64,000 bases of DNA from Raja brachyura. Lineage: Eukaryota. The stretch is from NCBI GenBank assembly GCA_963514005.1, contig OY740807.1, positions 22,258,001-22,322,000 on the forward strand, read 5' to 3'. The position numbers and the translations under genes were made by a program. Every line of letters begins with the position of its first letter. Position 1 is the first letter of the stretch. The notes under the pieces are model-generated. The model searched no databases, was not told where the DNA came from, and saw only the letters and a program-made list of their open reading frames with translations. Shown here piece after piece: positions 37,145 through 50,369 of the stretch.

Positions 37145-37245
37145 CTGAATATTCTGCTCTTTCAAAGATCTCACTTGATCTGATCTCTGGCCCGGAATCA
37201 AAGGCACTAATGTGACACCAGGAGATGGATTGTTTAAGCTGCTTT
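37145..37245 (-). other. Candidate exon of an unidentified minus-strand transcript (101 nt)
   Basis: Acceptor catttgcag and consensus donor CAG|gtaagt; two open frames; apparently unique sequence. Confidence 0.35.
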
Positions 37246-38234
37246 CTGCAAATGCACGTGAATGTCAAATTGGGTTCACAGTATTGCCATGACCAAAGGA
37301 AGTTCATATTACATTTCTTTATCCTTTGCCGGAAATTTGAGGATGAGTGATGGAAAAGAAAAGCGGACCTGGAACTATCGCCGTGAAAATGAAGGGTTGG
37401 AACAAAGGATCTCCATTAGGGCTTTCCCACGAGGGTGTCGACCCAAAACCTCACCTCTCTATGTTCTCCGGGGTTGCTGCCTGACTCATTGAGTTACTCC
37501 AGCAATTTGTGTCCTTTCTTTTCCAGGATCCCCATTATATTGACAAAGCAACTGGTTAGTTGTCCAAATTGATAAAGTGCCTGCAGCAGAAGCAAACCAC
37601 TATTTTCTAAGAAGTGAAAAGGACAAATCAGATTACAATTTGAACATAGAACATAGAACATAGAACAATAGAGCATATAAACAGGCCCTTCAGCCCACAA
37701 TGTTTGTGCCGAATATGTTGCTCAGTTAAACTGATCTCATTTGTCTGTACATGATCCATATCCCTCTATTCCCTGCACTTCCATGTGCCTGTCCAAAAGC
37801 CTCTTAAACATCACCATCGTACCTGTCTCCACCACCTCCCTAGCAGTATGTTCCCAGCCCTCACCACTCGCTGACTAAAACTTCCCCACTCGCACCTTAT
37901 AGCTATGACCTCTAATGTTGGATATTTCCACCCTGTGAAAAGTTGAATTTTGAATTTTGAACCCTGAAGTTTGAGAGGAGTCTCTGAGACAGCTTTGCAT
38001 TTTGTTGGCACGACTTCACTCTTGTCATTCAGACTCTGCAGCTATTGTAGGTGGATCGGTGTTTTAATTAATTACATGGCAAATATATGTGCAACAGCAG
38101 GATGAATGTGCTAATGGTGTTAAATGTCACCCATGGTTCATTGGACAACACTCCCACTTCTCAGTCTAAAGGCTGTAATAATCAACGTTGACACTGCATT
38201 GCGCCTGTGCACCTTCTTATTGTACGAGGAGTTC

Positions 38235-38426
38235 AGGGTCTGCCCCACTTGGGCGTAATTTGCGCGTCATGCAGACGGCGCGAGAGGATTTTGAGAATCC
38301 CAAAAACCTGGGGCGCCACGCGCTACCGCGTATCACTGCCTGCGCCACCACGTCTCACCACGCGCCCGTCGTGCATCATGACGCGTAAATGATGTTGCGT
38401 AAATGATGCATTAATAACGCCCAAGT
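38235..38426. mobile_element. Truncated Harbinger-type MITE
   Basis: agggtctgccccacttgggcgt ... acgcccaagt partial TIRs; CpG-rich. Confidence 0.6.
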
Positions 38427-39407
38427 TAATGTTAAGGATCCTATGGTACTATTTGAGAAGAATGGTCCTCAAAGTCACAAATAATTATGTCCGAGCAGGA
38501 ACTTGCTGTGCAAATTGGTTGCCATGTTTACCACATGTTTACCATGTTTACCACATTAATGCAGGCCAATTCGACAAAAATGGCTGTGAAGCACTTTGGA
38601 ATATCCAAAGGTCCTGAATCATAGAGTGACTCATAGAGCATAGAAACAGGTTCTTCAGCTCAACTTTCCCACGCCAATCAACACGCCTCATCCCACCTGC
38701 CTGCGTTTGGCCAATATCCCTCTAAACCTATCCTATCCATGTACCTATATAAATGTTTCTTAAACATTGCAATATCACCTGTCTCAACTACCCCCTCCAT
38801 GCACTCACCCCCCTTTGTGTAAAAAATGTTTAAATGTTCTTTCTTTCTACTATTTCTTGCCTGACATATTCTCCTCTTGTGGAGAAAAAAAGAAAATTTG
38901 CCATAACACATTGATTAAAAATCTTGAGACAGTTGCCCAACAAGCAGTAGAGTTTGGGTCAGTAACGACGTGGTGAATAGGAACGAGACCTGGAGCGCGA
39001 TCTATATCCTCTACTGTAGTAAGGCGAATGTCTGTTGAATGTCTGTAATTCTCTACTCTCGAGGGTTGCAGAGGCTAGATCGATGAGGGGACTGCAGTGA
39101 AGGCAGTTCATTTTTTGAAAAATTGGGAAATCCGGGACTATTGTTACAGTTGATTTGAGCCCGGTGCAGACCAGACAAGATCAGCCATGAATGGTGGGGC
39201 AGGTATGAAGTGCCCGGTAGCCAATTCCTCTCATATTTTCCTACATATTTGAACAAGCATATTCAAAATTCTGCTGGAGGAACTCAGTGGGTCGGGCAGC
39301 ATCTGCGGAAGGAAATCAGCAGATGATATTTCAGGTTGGGACCCAAATCAGTTTTTATAGCCTCTTATGGCGACGTTCAAGTTCTTCCATTTTATCACAG
39401 CACATGG

Positions 39408-39720
39408 AGTTTAGTTTAGTTTAATTTAGTTTCGAGAGACAGAGTGAAAACAGGCCCTTCAGCCCACCGAGTTAGTGCTGACCAGCGATCCCCGAGCACT
39501 AACATTATCCTACACACTCGGGACAATTTACAATTTTACCAAAGCCAATTAACCTACAAACCGGTACGTGTTCAGAGTGTGGAAGGGAATAAGAGCACCC
39601 AGAAAAAACGCATGCGGGTTACAGGGAGAACGTACAAACGCCGTACAGACAGCACCCCGTGGTCAGGATGGCACCCAGATCTCAGGTTGTAAGACAGTAA
39701 CTGCACCACCGTGCCACCCC
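39408..39720 (-). mobile_element. HE1/V-SINE
   Basis: (tttag)n tail, V core and tRNA-like head in reverse. Confidence 0.85.
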
Positions 39721-39814
39721 AATTGTAATTGTCCCTTGACCTTGAAAACGTATATCATGCACGAGATGATCCATACATGAAGGCTCCATAGACAGGCCTG
39801 GTTCCCAGGTCCCA

Positions 39815-40165
39815 CATGCAGCACAGTGATGGCTAGTAGAGCCGTCGCCTCACAGCGCCAGAGACCGGAGTTTGATCCTGAATTCGATCCTGCTATCTGT
39901 GTGGAGTTTGCACGTTCTCCCTGTGACCTTGTGGGCTTGCACCACTGCTCTGGGTTCCTCTCACATCCCATGCAGGTTGGAAAGTTAATTTCCTCTTAAA
40001 TTGCCCCTAGTGTGTAGGTGAGTGGGAGATTCCGGGGAGAGGTGATGAGAACATGGGGGCAAAATATATTGGAATAATATCCGATAAGTATATTAATGGG
40101 TGGTTGATGGTGGGCACAGACACATTGGACTAAAGCCACACTTTATGTCCTGTATATCTCTATGG
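39815..40165 (+). mobile_element. HE1/V-SINE
   Basis: gcagcacagtg...ctcacagcgccagagacc head and ctgtgtggagtttgcacgttctccctgtgacc core. Confidence 0.85.
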
Positions 40166-40279
40166 CGAAGATTGCTGTTTGTCAGCAAAATGCATTCAGA
40201 AAGAAGGTTTACAGTAGGAGCACTCTAAACCATGTCACATCATAAAAGATTAAAAGAACAAGCAATAAACAGAGCTCAC

Positions 40280-40442
40280 CATATGAACTGGAATATGTTC
40301 CACACACAGAACACATCCCTTCAGGCTCAAGGTTCATCTGGCTGCTGCGTTGTGCTTAAAGAAGACCAGCCGGCAGACAGCACTGAGCCCACACAGTCAG
40401 TGCCAACCAGAACGGATGCCATGCTTCTTTGAAGCTTCACAC
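40280..40442 (-). other. Candidate exon (163 nt; closed 5' part, internal ATG at 40337)
   Basis: Acceptor attttccatgccag and donor ATG|gtgagc; phase-compatible with 37145-37245. Confidence 0.3.
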
Positions 40443-40864
40443 CTGGCATGGAAAATGCATATTTTCTAACCGTTGCTCTCAGATGCCAAGGCGGGTTTAC
40501 AGGATAATATTTCCTGACTGTGCTTATAACTGGAGTTTAAGTGGCTAGCGCTTGTGGGAAACAAGCTGGCTCTGGAAAAGCTGAGTACAAGAGATTGGGC
40601 TACATTAAATTATCAGCTCCATTGCTTCAATGTACATTAATACTGGCAGTATTGCCCTGTAGCCAGAACAAACATGAGATCTAGTATGATGATGTTCACT
40701 GAAGACTATCAGCATCATAGCTTTACTTCATATTAGTTATTCTGACTATCATACCTCATCTTTTATTCAATAAACAGGAATGCGGATATCCAAAGCAATG
40801 TCTCTTGGCTCATAATAAAAGAAAGCAGATGCATTTACACAGCACTTGGCAACCCAAGAAGTTT

Positions 40865-41120
40865 GTTTTTAGATTTAGAGAGACAGCATGGAAACAGGCC
40901 CATCAGCCCACCGAGTTCATGCCGACCATCGTTCACACCAAGGGCAATTTACAGAGGCCAATGAATGTACAAAGCCACTCGTCTTTGGAACGTGTGAGGA
41001 AACCGGAACTCCCGGAGGAAACGGTCACAGGGAGAATGTACAAACTCCAGACGGACAGCACCCGAGATGAGGATCAAACCTGGGTCTCTGGCACTGTCCG
41101 GCAGCAGCTCTACCAGCTGA
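40865..41120 (-). mobile_element. HE1/V-SINE
   Basis: Reverse V core ggtcacagggagaatgtacaaactccagacggacagcac. Confidence 0.8.
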
Positions 41121-41217
41121 CCAAAAATTTACAGTCAATTAAATGCCTTTAAAATATACTTAATGTAACGGAGGGAAAAGCATCATCCAAATTGGATTTT
41201 GCAGACAACAAAAGATG

Positions 41218-41510
41218 GGCAGCAGGGTGGTCTGGTGGAGCTGCTGTCTCACGGCTCCAATGACCCACGTTCCATTCTGAACTCCTGTGATGTCTGCATG
41301 GAGTTTGCATGTTTTTGGAATTTCCTCCTGGTATTCCAATTTCCCGCTGCTGTGACTTGCCCCTAGCGTGTAGATGAATGGTAGAATCTAGGGTGGGGTT
41401 AATGGGACTGTGGGAAGAATAAAATAGGTTAGAGTAGGATTGATGCAAAATTGGGTGATTGTTAAACTGCATTGATTTTTGGGCTAAAGGGCCTATTTCT
41501 GCTATGTTTG
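41218..41510 (+). mobile_element. HE1/V-SINE, diverged
   Basis: gggcagcagggtgg head and tgtctgcatggagtttgcatg core. Confidence 0.7.
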
Positions 41511-42011
41511 GCTCGATAACGATCACGATGATCACAAATTGATATTTGTTGTGAACCCACTTGCTCTTCTCCGAAATAATGCCTTAGGATCTTTTACAGA
41601 TTCTACATCCACATCCCACCCATCTATGGATCAGCGCATTAGGACTCCACTAGAAAGCAAGGGGATGGATTTTGCTCCCATCCATCTGGCATCTTCAAGC
41701 GAGAGCAGTTCCATGTTTGACTCATTGCCAATCCACATTACCCTAGAAACTAAGGCATGGTTGCTGGCAGACTTATTTATTCCCCCCCTCTTTATGGGTG
41801 AGGAGACCAGCTACCTCAGGGTTCAGGGTTACAGGGAACAATTCTATTGGTAACCAAGCCATCAGGAATCCATTTAATGGGTGTCATGTAAGAATTATCC
41901 ATTTAAATGGATCGGTCAATGACAATTCTAGATGTTGTGTTACGAAAGACAGATAACTTTGAAGCTTCTATAACTTCCACTCATTAGCCTTTAAATGGAT
42001 CAGTCAATGAC

Positions 42012-42660
42012 AATGGCTGCCTCGCCAACAGTCTGTTCTTTGTTGTTTGTTTGTATGTGTTAAATGTATGTGTTTAGTGTTCTTTAGCTTGTTTCATGTT
42101 GGGCGGTGAGTTGGGAGAAACTTTTTCTAAACTCTTACCTCGATGGTGATGTGATTTTTTTCCCATATCGTATCTCCGTCCGCACTGCGGCCTAACTTCG
42201 AGCAGTTGGTGGCCTTTGCTGAAGTCCAAGAGCACCGCGGGTGCCTGCGGACCTAACATCACGGAGCTCGCGGTGCCTGTCGGGGATTGACTTTGGGGCT
42301 CCAACCGCGGGTACTTGCGGATTTTGACATCGTGGAGCTCGCGGTCTCTGGTTAGAGACCGACTTCGGGAACTCCAAGCCACAGGAGCTTTGCCTGCCCC
42401 GAAGCGGGAGCTTTGATTGTCCCAACGTAGGGGCTTCGACCGCCAGCTGCAAGAGCTTCGATCGCCCCGACTGCGGATGGTTCGATTGCTCCAACCCCAA
42501 AAAGAGGAAGAGGAATGGACTTTATTGCCTTCCACCATTGTGAGGAGCATGGGGAATCTGCTGTGGTGGATGTTTATGTTAACTTTATGTAGTTGTGTAA
42601 CTTGTTGCTTTTTTTTAGTATGGCTGTATGGCAATTTGCATTTCACTGTACCTTAATTGA
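42012..42660 (+). mobile_element. GC-rich SINE-like non-autonomous retroelement, near full length
   Basis: Starts atggctgcctcgccaacagtctg; internal repeated aacatc..ggagctcgcgg units; 3' part ttgccttccaccattgtgagga...tttcactgtacc. Confidence 0.65.
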
Positions 42661-42819
42661 CCTTGAAAATATATTGTGTTATGAAAGACAGATAACCTTG
42701 AAGCTTCTATAACTTCCGTCATCGTAAGATACGGATATTGAAATGTGAGCATATGGGAAATATGGGCAAGTTACAAATAACAAGGGAACAAGCAGATCAT
42801 ATGTATTTAAATATTAGTT

Positions 42820-43065
42820 GATAGGAAAACGTTGGCCAGATTACAGGGGCAAATCACCTGGTCATCTTCCAAACAGCACAAGGGGTTCTTTCGTACCCAC
42901 CAAAAAGAGCAGTCTCGACATCAGTTTAATATCTTACCAACAAATGACACCTACCACACTGCTGCACTCCATCTGTACCATGCTAGATCGCAAAATTATG
43001 TTACTGAATGGGGACTTGAACCTTCTGATTGAGAGACAGGTATTATATCACAGAACCGTGGCTCA
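42820..43065 (-). mobile_element. DeuSINE (SacSINE1-like) remnant
   Basis: Reverse Deu-domain-like motifs (tcttccaaa...gggttctttcgtacccacc...cagtttaatatc) and a tRNA-like head. Confidence 0.5.
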
Positions 43066-44144
43066 TGACTATATCCATCTGAAGATATCACCTGTCACAA
43101 GCTACATATGGAGGCACAAGAGACTGCAGATGCTGTCATATTGAGCATAAAATCATTTGCTGGGGAAACTCAGCAGGCCAGGCAATATCCGTGGAGGGAA
43201 TATCAGGTTGGGATTATTTGTTTTCTACAATATCATGATGTTTCTTAAACATTTTCCCGGCATTCCCATGACAATGCATCTTTCTGGAAGATGAACACAC
43301 AAGTGGTTGATGATGGCTATCAGATTCATCTAGGGATGCCAACTTATACAAGGAGGATACATGGATTCAAGCCTAAATCCATAGGCTGCCTTGGCCTTAC
43401 AGTGATCCTCTTGGCAGGTCAATGCTGTTGGAATCCTGCTTCTTCAGCAGAGTGCTAGTTCAGACATTCACCGCAGGAAGTGAACTAAGTCTGTGGGAGA
43501 GCGAGTTAGCAGTGGCTAGGAAAGGAATCCTGAGAATCCTGACACTGCTCCAGCATGCGGAGGAGGACGTTTAGATGTTGTTTCAAAGTCCCATTGGGAA
43601 CTATAAATAGAAATTTAACTTCCTTGAAAATAGCCAAGTGTAACATTATAATGATTTCCAGGCAAAGTTGAACATCATCAGAGACTTAAAAAGTTCTCCA
43701 TTTATAATTACAAAATGATTCCAATTAGAATAAGATTTGCTCAGGAATTAAATATGAGGTAATGTGCGGCACTATTAACTTGATCCATTCTTGGCAGCCT
43801 TGGTCTCACTGCCCGAGTTTGGAAGTCCCTCATAAACCTTTTGGCCTCCCTAACTCTCTCCTTTTTTAAGACACTCACTGAAAGGTACCTCTTTGACTAA
43901 GGTTTGGATAATCTTGCCTTATGTGGCTCAGTATCAAATTATATTTGACAAAGTTCCCACGAAGCAACTTGGAATATTTTACTGCCTGAGAGATTCAACA
44001 GAAATAGAAGGTTGTTTTATAATGTTGAAAATAGCGAATTAATCCACTATACACAGTCTTGCATCCATTGGCAATACGGATATATATATGGTGCTTACTG
44101 ATTGGTGCATACTGATATATATTGCTGATTTATATATATAAATA

Positions 44145-44312
44145 TATAGAGAGTTAGATAGAGCTCTAGGGGCTAGTGGAATCAAGGGATATGGGGAGAA
44201 GGCAGGCACGGGTTATTGATAGGGGACGATCAGCCATGATCACAATGAATCGCGGTGCTGGCTCGAAGGGCCGAATGGCCTCCTCCTGCACCTATTTTCT
44301 ATGTTTCTATGT
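44145..44312 (+). mobile_element. CR1 3' terminus
   Basis: ggatatggggagaaggcagg...gaagggccgaatggcctcctcctgcacc followed by a (tttctatg)n tail. Confidence 0.9.
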
Positions 44313-45143
44313 TACTACTGTCTTCTGCAGAATTGTTCTGAGGTCTTCACTCTTTGTACAAATGAGTCATGTTCATATTGCAGGTTTCCCATGGAGACAG
44401 ATTGCCTTTGGTTTCAAAAGTGGGCATTCCCTTTGCAATATAACTTCACTGGAAAAGTAAGAGGACAGCACACGGAGTGGGTGTAAGGTGCTGGAAGAGG
44501 GGAGAGGAAGAAGGGAAGAAGCAGTGAATTTTACGAGTAGAAAACAAGAACTGCAGATGATGTTTTACACAAAAAGACACAAAGTGCTGGCGCAACTCAG
44601 CAGATCAGGCAGCATCTCTGGATAGGTGAAGTAGGGTTGGGACCCTTCTTCAGCATTTAAGGAACGGTTCTCCTCCCCAAACCTCAGTGGGGAACAATCT
44701 GTGAAACTTCTGCACATTGGATGTCCAAGTCATGTGCCAAGGCCTTGTCATTAGAATGGCTCCAGTATATCAAGGAAGGAACTGCAGATCCTGGTTTATA
44801 GTGAAGATAGACACAAAATTCTGGAGTAACTCAGCGGGTCTGGCAGCATCTCTGGACAAAAGGAATAGGTGACGTTTTGGGACGGAACCCTTCTTCAATC
44901 CTGTATGTCTTTTGCTGTCAAGTTTACTATGGCTTTGAGCTATTATTTGGTCAAAGATGGTGATGTTTGAAAAACCTCACACCTTTGCTATCTACTATTG
45001 CATTATGAATGTTCCTCAAGTGTTCTGTTCAAGCATACTGATTACATTTCACTCTTGGCAAAGACAAGCTGCAAAGAGATCCGCTGCCTCTGCTGGCATC
45101 GGTGGCTTCCTCGCGGACAAGAACGCCACTTGTTGGCACTCAC

Positions 45144-45181
45144 CTCACTCTGCACCTGTCTCATATAGACTCTGCCCCATA
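45144..45181 (-). other. Candidate exon (38 nt)
   Basis: Strong acceptor gctctcactttatattccag and consensus donor GAG|gtgagt. Confidence 0.35.
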
Positions 45182-45244
45182 CTGGAATATAAAGTGAGAG
45201 CACACCCTCAGTGTCCAGCTGCTCTGTGACTGTAGGCAGCAAAT

Positions 45245-45460
45245 AATCCGGACCGAAGATAGATACAAAATGCTGGAGTAACTCAGCGGGTCAGGCAGCA
45301 TCCATGGAGAAAAGAAATAGGTGACGTTTCATTTGAAGAAGGGTCGCGACCCGAAACATCACCTATTGCATTTCTCCAGAGTTGCTGCTTGACCCACTGA
45401 GTTACTCCAGCATTTCGTGTCTATCTTCAGTGTAAACCACCATCTGCGGCTCCTGCCTGC
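45245..45460. mobile_element. Penelope-derived foldback element with a degenerate hammerhead
   Basis: Inverted arms around tTGAAGAagggtcgcgacccGAAAcATC. Confidence 0.75.
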
Positions 45461-45539
45461 ACAAATAATCCGTGCTGCAGTCACGATACCTTCATTCTAT
45501 GGTGGTTAGTTGTTTCACCCACATTTGTGTCAACAAACA

Positions 45540-45780
45540 ATAGCCACTGATCTTGGTGTTGCTGTGTATGCCACACATACGTGGCCAGTATTGACACAGT
45601 TTAAACCACACTGAATTTCAATGGAGTAGGTTGCTAGTGTGCTACCACATCCGAGTAACAGCCCCATGTTACGCGGCAAAGTGGTTGCTAAAATACATGA
45701 TGGTCTGCTATATCCTGTGCAACCTCGCCATCTTGAGGACACAGCCCTTGCACCAACCAGATAACCATAAGGTGAAGAGA
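45540..45780 (+). pseudogene. Ancient Harbinger transposase C-terminal remnant
   Basis: MVCYILCNLAILRTQPL resembles the Harbinger/HARBI1 C-terminal xCCxLHNLA motif; no catalytic motifs readable. Confidence 0.4.
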
Positions 45781-46699
45781 AGGCGTCACTGCCTGGGCCA
45801 TCCACAAAGAACCGGTTAGAGACAGATTCCAGTCTCTGCCCACCACAGTCACTTGGATTATAGCATTATTTGCTCCAAAGGCATTCATTAATGTACTACT
45901 ACGTCTGGTAGCTGTGATCTTGCTGTAAGTGTTTGTGTGTCGTCCATGGATGGGGTCGCAGTTCTCCCGCAGAAGCAGTCGTGGGACTGTGTTGGAGGAC
46001 AGACTCCTGGACATCTACGTGACCCGGCATCATGCTGAGACCATGGCTCCAGGTCGGAAAAATGGGCTCTGAGGATGGAGCAAGAATGCCAGCCCACTCC
46101 ATCGTGCTTAAACTGGGGCCTTCTGGCAGGCTTTACAACGCATCAAGCATTTCATTAATTATATAAAAACACAAAAACAAATAGAAGCTGGAGCGGGTTA
46201 TTTAGTGCTGCCTCTTACCTTCCCTGCATTAACGCCATCTTTCTAAACTCCCATATCTATCAATTTCCATCGTTAAACTAAGCTTCCACAGGCCTTTTGG
46301 CCAAATATCGCCAACCGCTGGGTAAAGCAATTTCTTCTCATCTTGGTTCTGAAGGCCAGCACTGGAAGAGACTGCGATACCATGCCCTGGACACTATGGA
46401 GAAATATCTATCATCTCAAGCCCTGATAGAATTGCATGTTTCAATGAGATCGCTTCTCGCTCTTCTCAATTCAAAAGACTCTGTCCCAGTCTGCTTAACT
46501 TTCTTCAATGGGCAAATACCAGGAGTCACTTTACATTTCTGACTGCCTCGTTAAAGAGAAATCTCTGCTGCAGAACAGAGTGTGAGCAGTTACCTATCCA
46601 TGTCACCTGTCCATGATCTCCAGAAATGCTGCCTGATCCGCTGATTTATTCCAGCACTGTGTGTCTTTAAACATTTTTTTCTATTTTACTGTTTAAATG

Positions 46700-46840
46700 G
46701 AGTGGGCAAGTTGGTGGGGGAGTGGGGGAGTGGGGGAGTGAGGGAGTGGGGAGAGGGAGAGTGGGGGAGTGGGGGAGTGGGGAGTGGGGGAGTGGGCGAG
46801 TGGGGAGAGGGGGAGTGGGGGAGTGGAGGAGTGGGGAGAG
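46700..46840 (+). repeat. (GGGGGAGT)n G-rich tandem repeat
   Basis: Directly visible 8-mer repeat. Confidence 0.95.
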
Positions 46841-47829
46841 GTCTTGGTAATAATAGCCCTTTATAATAGGTAATTATTTGCATTAGGAAGATGGAATATT
46901 ATGTTGCCAACCAACATCTGCTTTTCCTTGTTTCAACGTGGCAATTCACCTCGAATCATAGATTCTAACACCTTGGCCACAGTCAATGTCCGACTAAGTA
47001 TTCTGTATCAATTGTTTGATCTATCTTTTCCTCATGAACATGGATGTTTCTTCAGCCAAACTCCACTTTAATGATCTGATCTCAATACTAAATTGAATTG
47101 AAAATTTGTGGTCTTAGTTCCTATTATCAGCTATCTTTCAACTGTCAAAAACGCATGCCAAGGCCCTGCAACGAGTCCTGCTTAATTGACTTAGAACCAC
47201 ATTAGTTATCATTAACTACAGTTCTGTAATTTTTGCATGTACTTCCTTCTCAATTTCATGATCATTTGCCAACATAACTGCAGATATGAGGCAGATCTAT
47301 CAGCACTGACTACAGACTGACACAATTATAGCAAGATTTAAAATGTATGAGTGCATTGTGGTTGAAGGTGGACATCACATTTCTCTTGTACTCTGAATGT
47401 TACTCAGAAGGCATGTGTTGTCAACGTGCTTGTATTAACCACCCATTCTATGTCAATGCCTGCGATATGACCACAGGGCGTAGACATCGTTGGCCAAAAG
47501 GCCATCCATGAAGGGATAATGATACTAAGAAACATATAGGACAATATTACTGGTAATGATGAGGAAATAGGTAGAAATATTAAATCACTATTTTGCTTCG
47601 ATACTTGTTGGGAATGTAGTAAAGGTGGATGTGACATTGGAAGACAACATTTGTGAATTTAGAATGGGAAGAGGTGATATCATAAATTAATTAGTCAGAA
47701 GTATATAAAATTATGAGAGGGATAGAGAGGGTAAAAAGTTAAAACCTTTTTCTCAGCGTGAAAATGTCAAAGACTAGAGGGCATGGTACTAAGTTCAAAG
47801 GAGGAAAGTTTAAATAAGTGTGGGACAAG

Positions 47830-48280
47830 CTTTAAACACCTGTGTCTCTGCGGAAAGCGGTAAAGGGTGAGGATGGGAAGATGTGACTGGTGGTGGGATC
47901 ACGTTGGAAGTGACGGAATTGTCAGAGGCTGTTGGGGTGAAAGGGGAACTCTATCCTTGTATAGGAAGGAACTGCAAATGCTGGTTTACACCAAAGATAG
48001 ACACAAATGCTGGAGTAACTCAACGTGTGAACGGGTCATTCTGGAGAAAAGGAATAGGTGACATTTCGGGTCAAGACCCTTCTTCAGAGTCTGACATGTC
48101 ACCTATTCCTTTTCACTTCAGATGCGGCCTGACGTGCTGCTATTCCAGCATTTGTCTACTTTTGTAAATCTATCCTTATTCTGTCGGGGAGGGGGACGGA
48201 AGCGAGAGCAGAACTACAAGACATGACAGGACATGAGGAGACACGGGTGAGGGATCCATCTATGATAACAGGGGGGGAAA
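47830..48280 (-). mobile_element. Penelope-like ORF remnant interrupted by a Penelope-derived foldback element (about 47959-48168)
   Basis: The reverse strand resembles a PLE RT-thumb region (DRVP...HIFPSSPFTAFRRD); TCTATCCTT is duplicated on both sides of the insert. Confidence 0.65.
48056..48090 (-). ncRNA. Minimal type I hammerhead ribozyme motif
   Basis: Minus strand CTGAAGA-a-gggtc(tt)gaccc-GAAA-t-GTC-acc: intact core and perfect stem II. Confidence 0.55.
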
Positions 48281-48399
48281 TTATCTTGTGTTAGGAATTA
48301 CTTACTGAGGTGACTTAGTAAAGTAGGTGAGGAATCAATCGGTCCAGATGCAGTTGCAGACATTTAAGGGGATCAGATACATTCCTCTTAGGAAGAAAG

Positions 48400-50260
48400 A
48401 TTCCGAGGGGTGATTAACTATAAAAGCTAAAGACAGCTTTAAACTAAAAAAAAACCATTTAATTGAGGAAAAGTACATTGCAGGTTGGTAGAATGTATAC
48501 CAGATTCATCAGAAAGGAAAAATATACAAATGTATGAGAAAAAGCTAGGGCAAAATACTGTATAAAAAGATACCGTGAGTTTCAATGCCCACAACCCATC
48601 TGTCTCTCTCAGATGAGTCAGGGGAATTAATAATGGAAAACATGGAGGTGGGAATGATTGAAACAGGTATTTTGCATCAGTCTTCACTGCAGAAGATACA
48701 AGTAATAGCCCCAGAAATAAAAGCTGTAAATCAGGAATTGGAAGGAAGGGTGGAATTCAGAGAAATCGGAATGTTCGGGCAAATAGAAGGTGAGTAAATA
48801 GTTGTAGTTGTGGGACGATGAGTCTCTCTGTCCCGAGTCATCTAATCTATGCTGAGATAATTTATGTGTCAGTTGTAATTTTCTAAATTTCTCAGGTTCT
48901 ATTAGATTGGAAATTGGCAACTCAAATACGGATGGCAACAGTGAGCCGGGAACAACTGGCCAAATAGTGTAATATCTGTCATTAGGAAAGTGGTAGAAAT
49001 GATTATGCAACATATCAGAGCAGGACACTTAAAACAAGTCAAGATAACCAGACAGCGAAATTATGTTTGATTATTTTTTTAGATTCATTTGAAGAAGTAA
49101 CATGTGCTGTGGATAAAGTGGATGCGGAGAATGCACAAAAGATTTCAGAAAGCATTTGGTTTGGTGCTGCATCAAAGGCTATAACAGAAAGTAAAAGCTC
49201 ATGGCGAAATACATAATATTCCGGCATGGACAACGACCAGCAGGTTAAAAGCAAACATAGACCAGGCATGGATGCTTTTTACTAGTTGGCAAGATGTAAC
49301 AAGTTGTCTGTCACAAAGATCAGTGTTGGGGCCTCAATTCTTTTACAATTTACTTAACTATCTTGGTTGAAGACACCAGAGGCATGTTTCATAAATTAGC
49401 TGGTGACACAAAGATAGATGAGCATGTACTGTAAGTCGTAAAGGGGGCACTAGAAGGAGGCTAGAAAGGATAATAGAAATGAAGTGAATGGGAAAAGATC
49501 CGATAAATGGTTCATAATATGAAAATGTAAAATAAGAAGTATTTACCCAACGATGAAAGATCACAGAGCTCTGAGATACAGAAGGATCTGGGTGCCCTCA
49601 TGCATGACGTGCAAATGCCTAGTATGCTGGTACAGCAAGTAATTAGGAAAGCTAATGGAAGATTATTTTTTGTTGCTAAGAACATTTAATACAGAAGTAG
49701 GAAGATTATGTTTCAGTTGTACTTTGACAAATTGCACATGTGTTGCATACAGTTTTGATCTACAATTTAATTAATGAGGTTAATGCATGGGAAGCAATTC
49801 AGAGAAAGTTTCCTTGACCTATATGTCAAGTGTCTTATGAGGAAAAATTGAACAGGCCAGGCTCGTAATGCTGGAGTTTAGTGGAATTTAGAGTTAGAAA
49901 GATTGATCAAAATTATATAAGATCCTGAGGGGTCTTGACAAGATCGATGTGGGTTGGATGCTTCCACTTGTGAGGAAATCTAGAACTAGGTGTTACTGTT
50001 TTAAAATAAAGGGTCTCCCATTTAAGGTAGGGGTGGTAACATTTTCTGAGAAGGTGATCTCTTCCTTAAAGGATAGTGGAAGCAGAGTTCTACTTTGAAT
50101 ATTGTTAAGGTAAACATTGATACATTCTTGACAAGCAAGTGGATGAAAAGATAACCATAAGTAGAGGGAATGCAGCATTGAGGTAATAATCAAATCAGTC
50201 ATGATCTAATTAATTGGCAGAGCACGCTTAAGAGGCACGTGACCTACTCCTAAAGCATAT
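48400..50260 (+). mobile_element. Old CR1 LINE (RT to 3'UTR), heavily decayed
   Basis: Colinear degenerate CR1 ORF2 motifs (gatcagtgttggggcctcaa, gatctgggtgccct, aagatcctgaggggtcttgaca) and 3'UTR. Confidence 0.8.
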
Positions 50261-50369
50261 GTTGGTACAATTAAATTAAGTTAATGAATAATTTGACAGA
50301 AACAAGTTGATATTTTGAAGAGACGATATTGAATGGATGTAAGACAAATAATGGGTTTACAGAAAGCAT

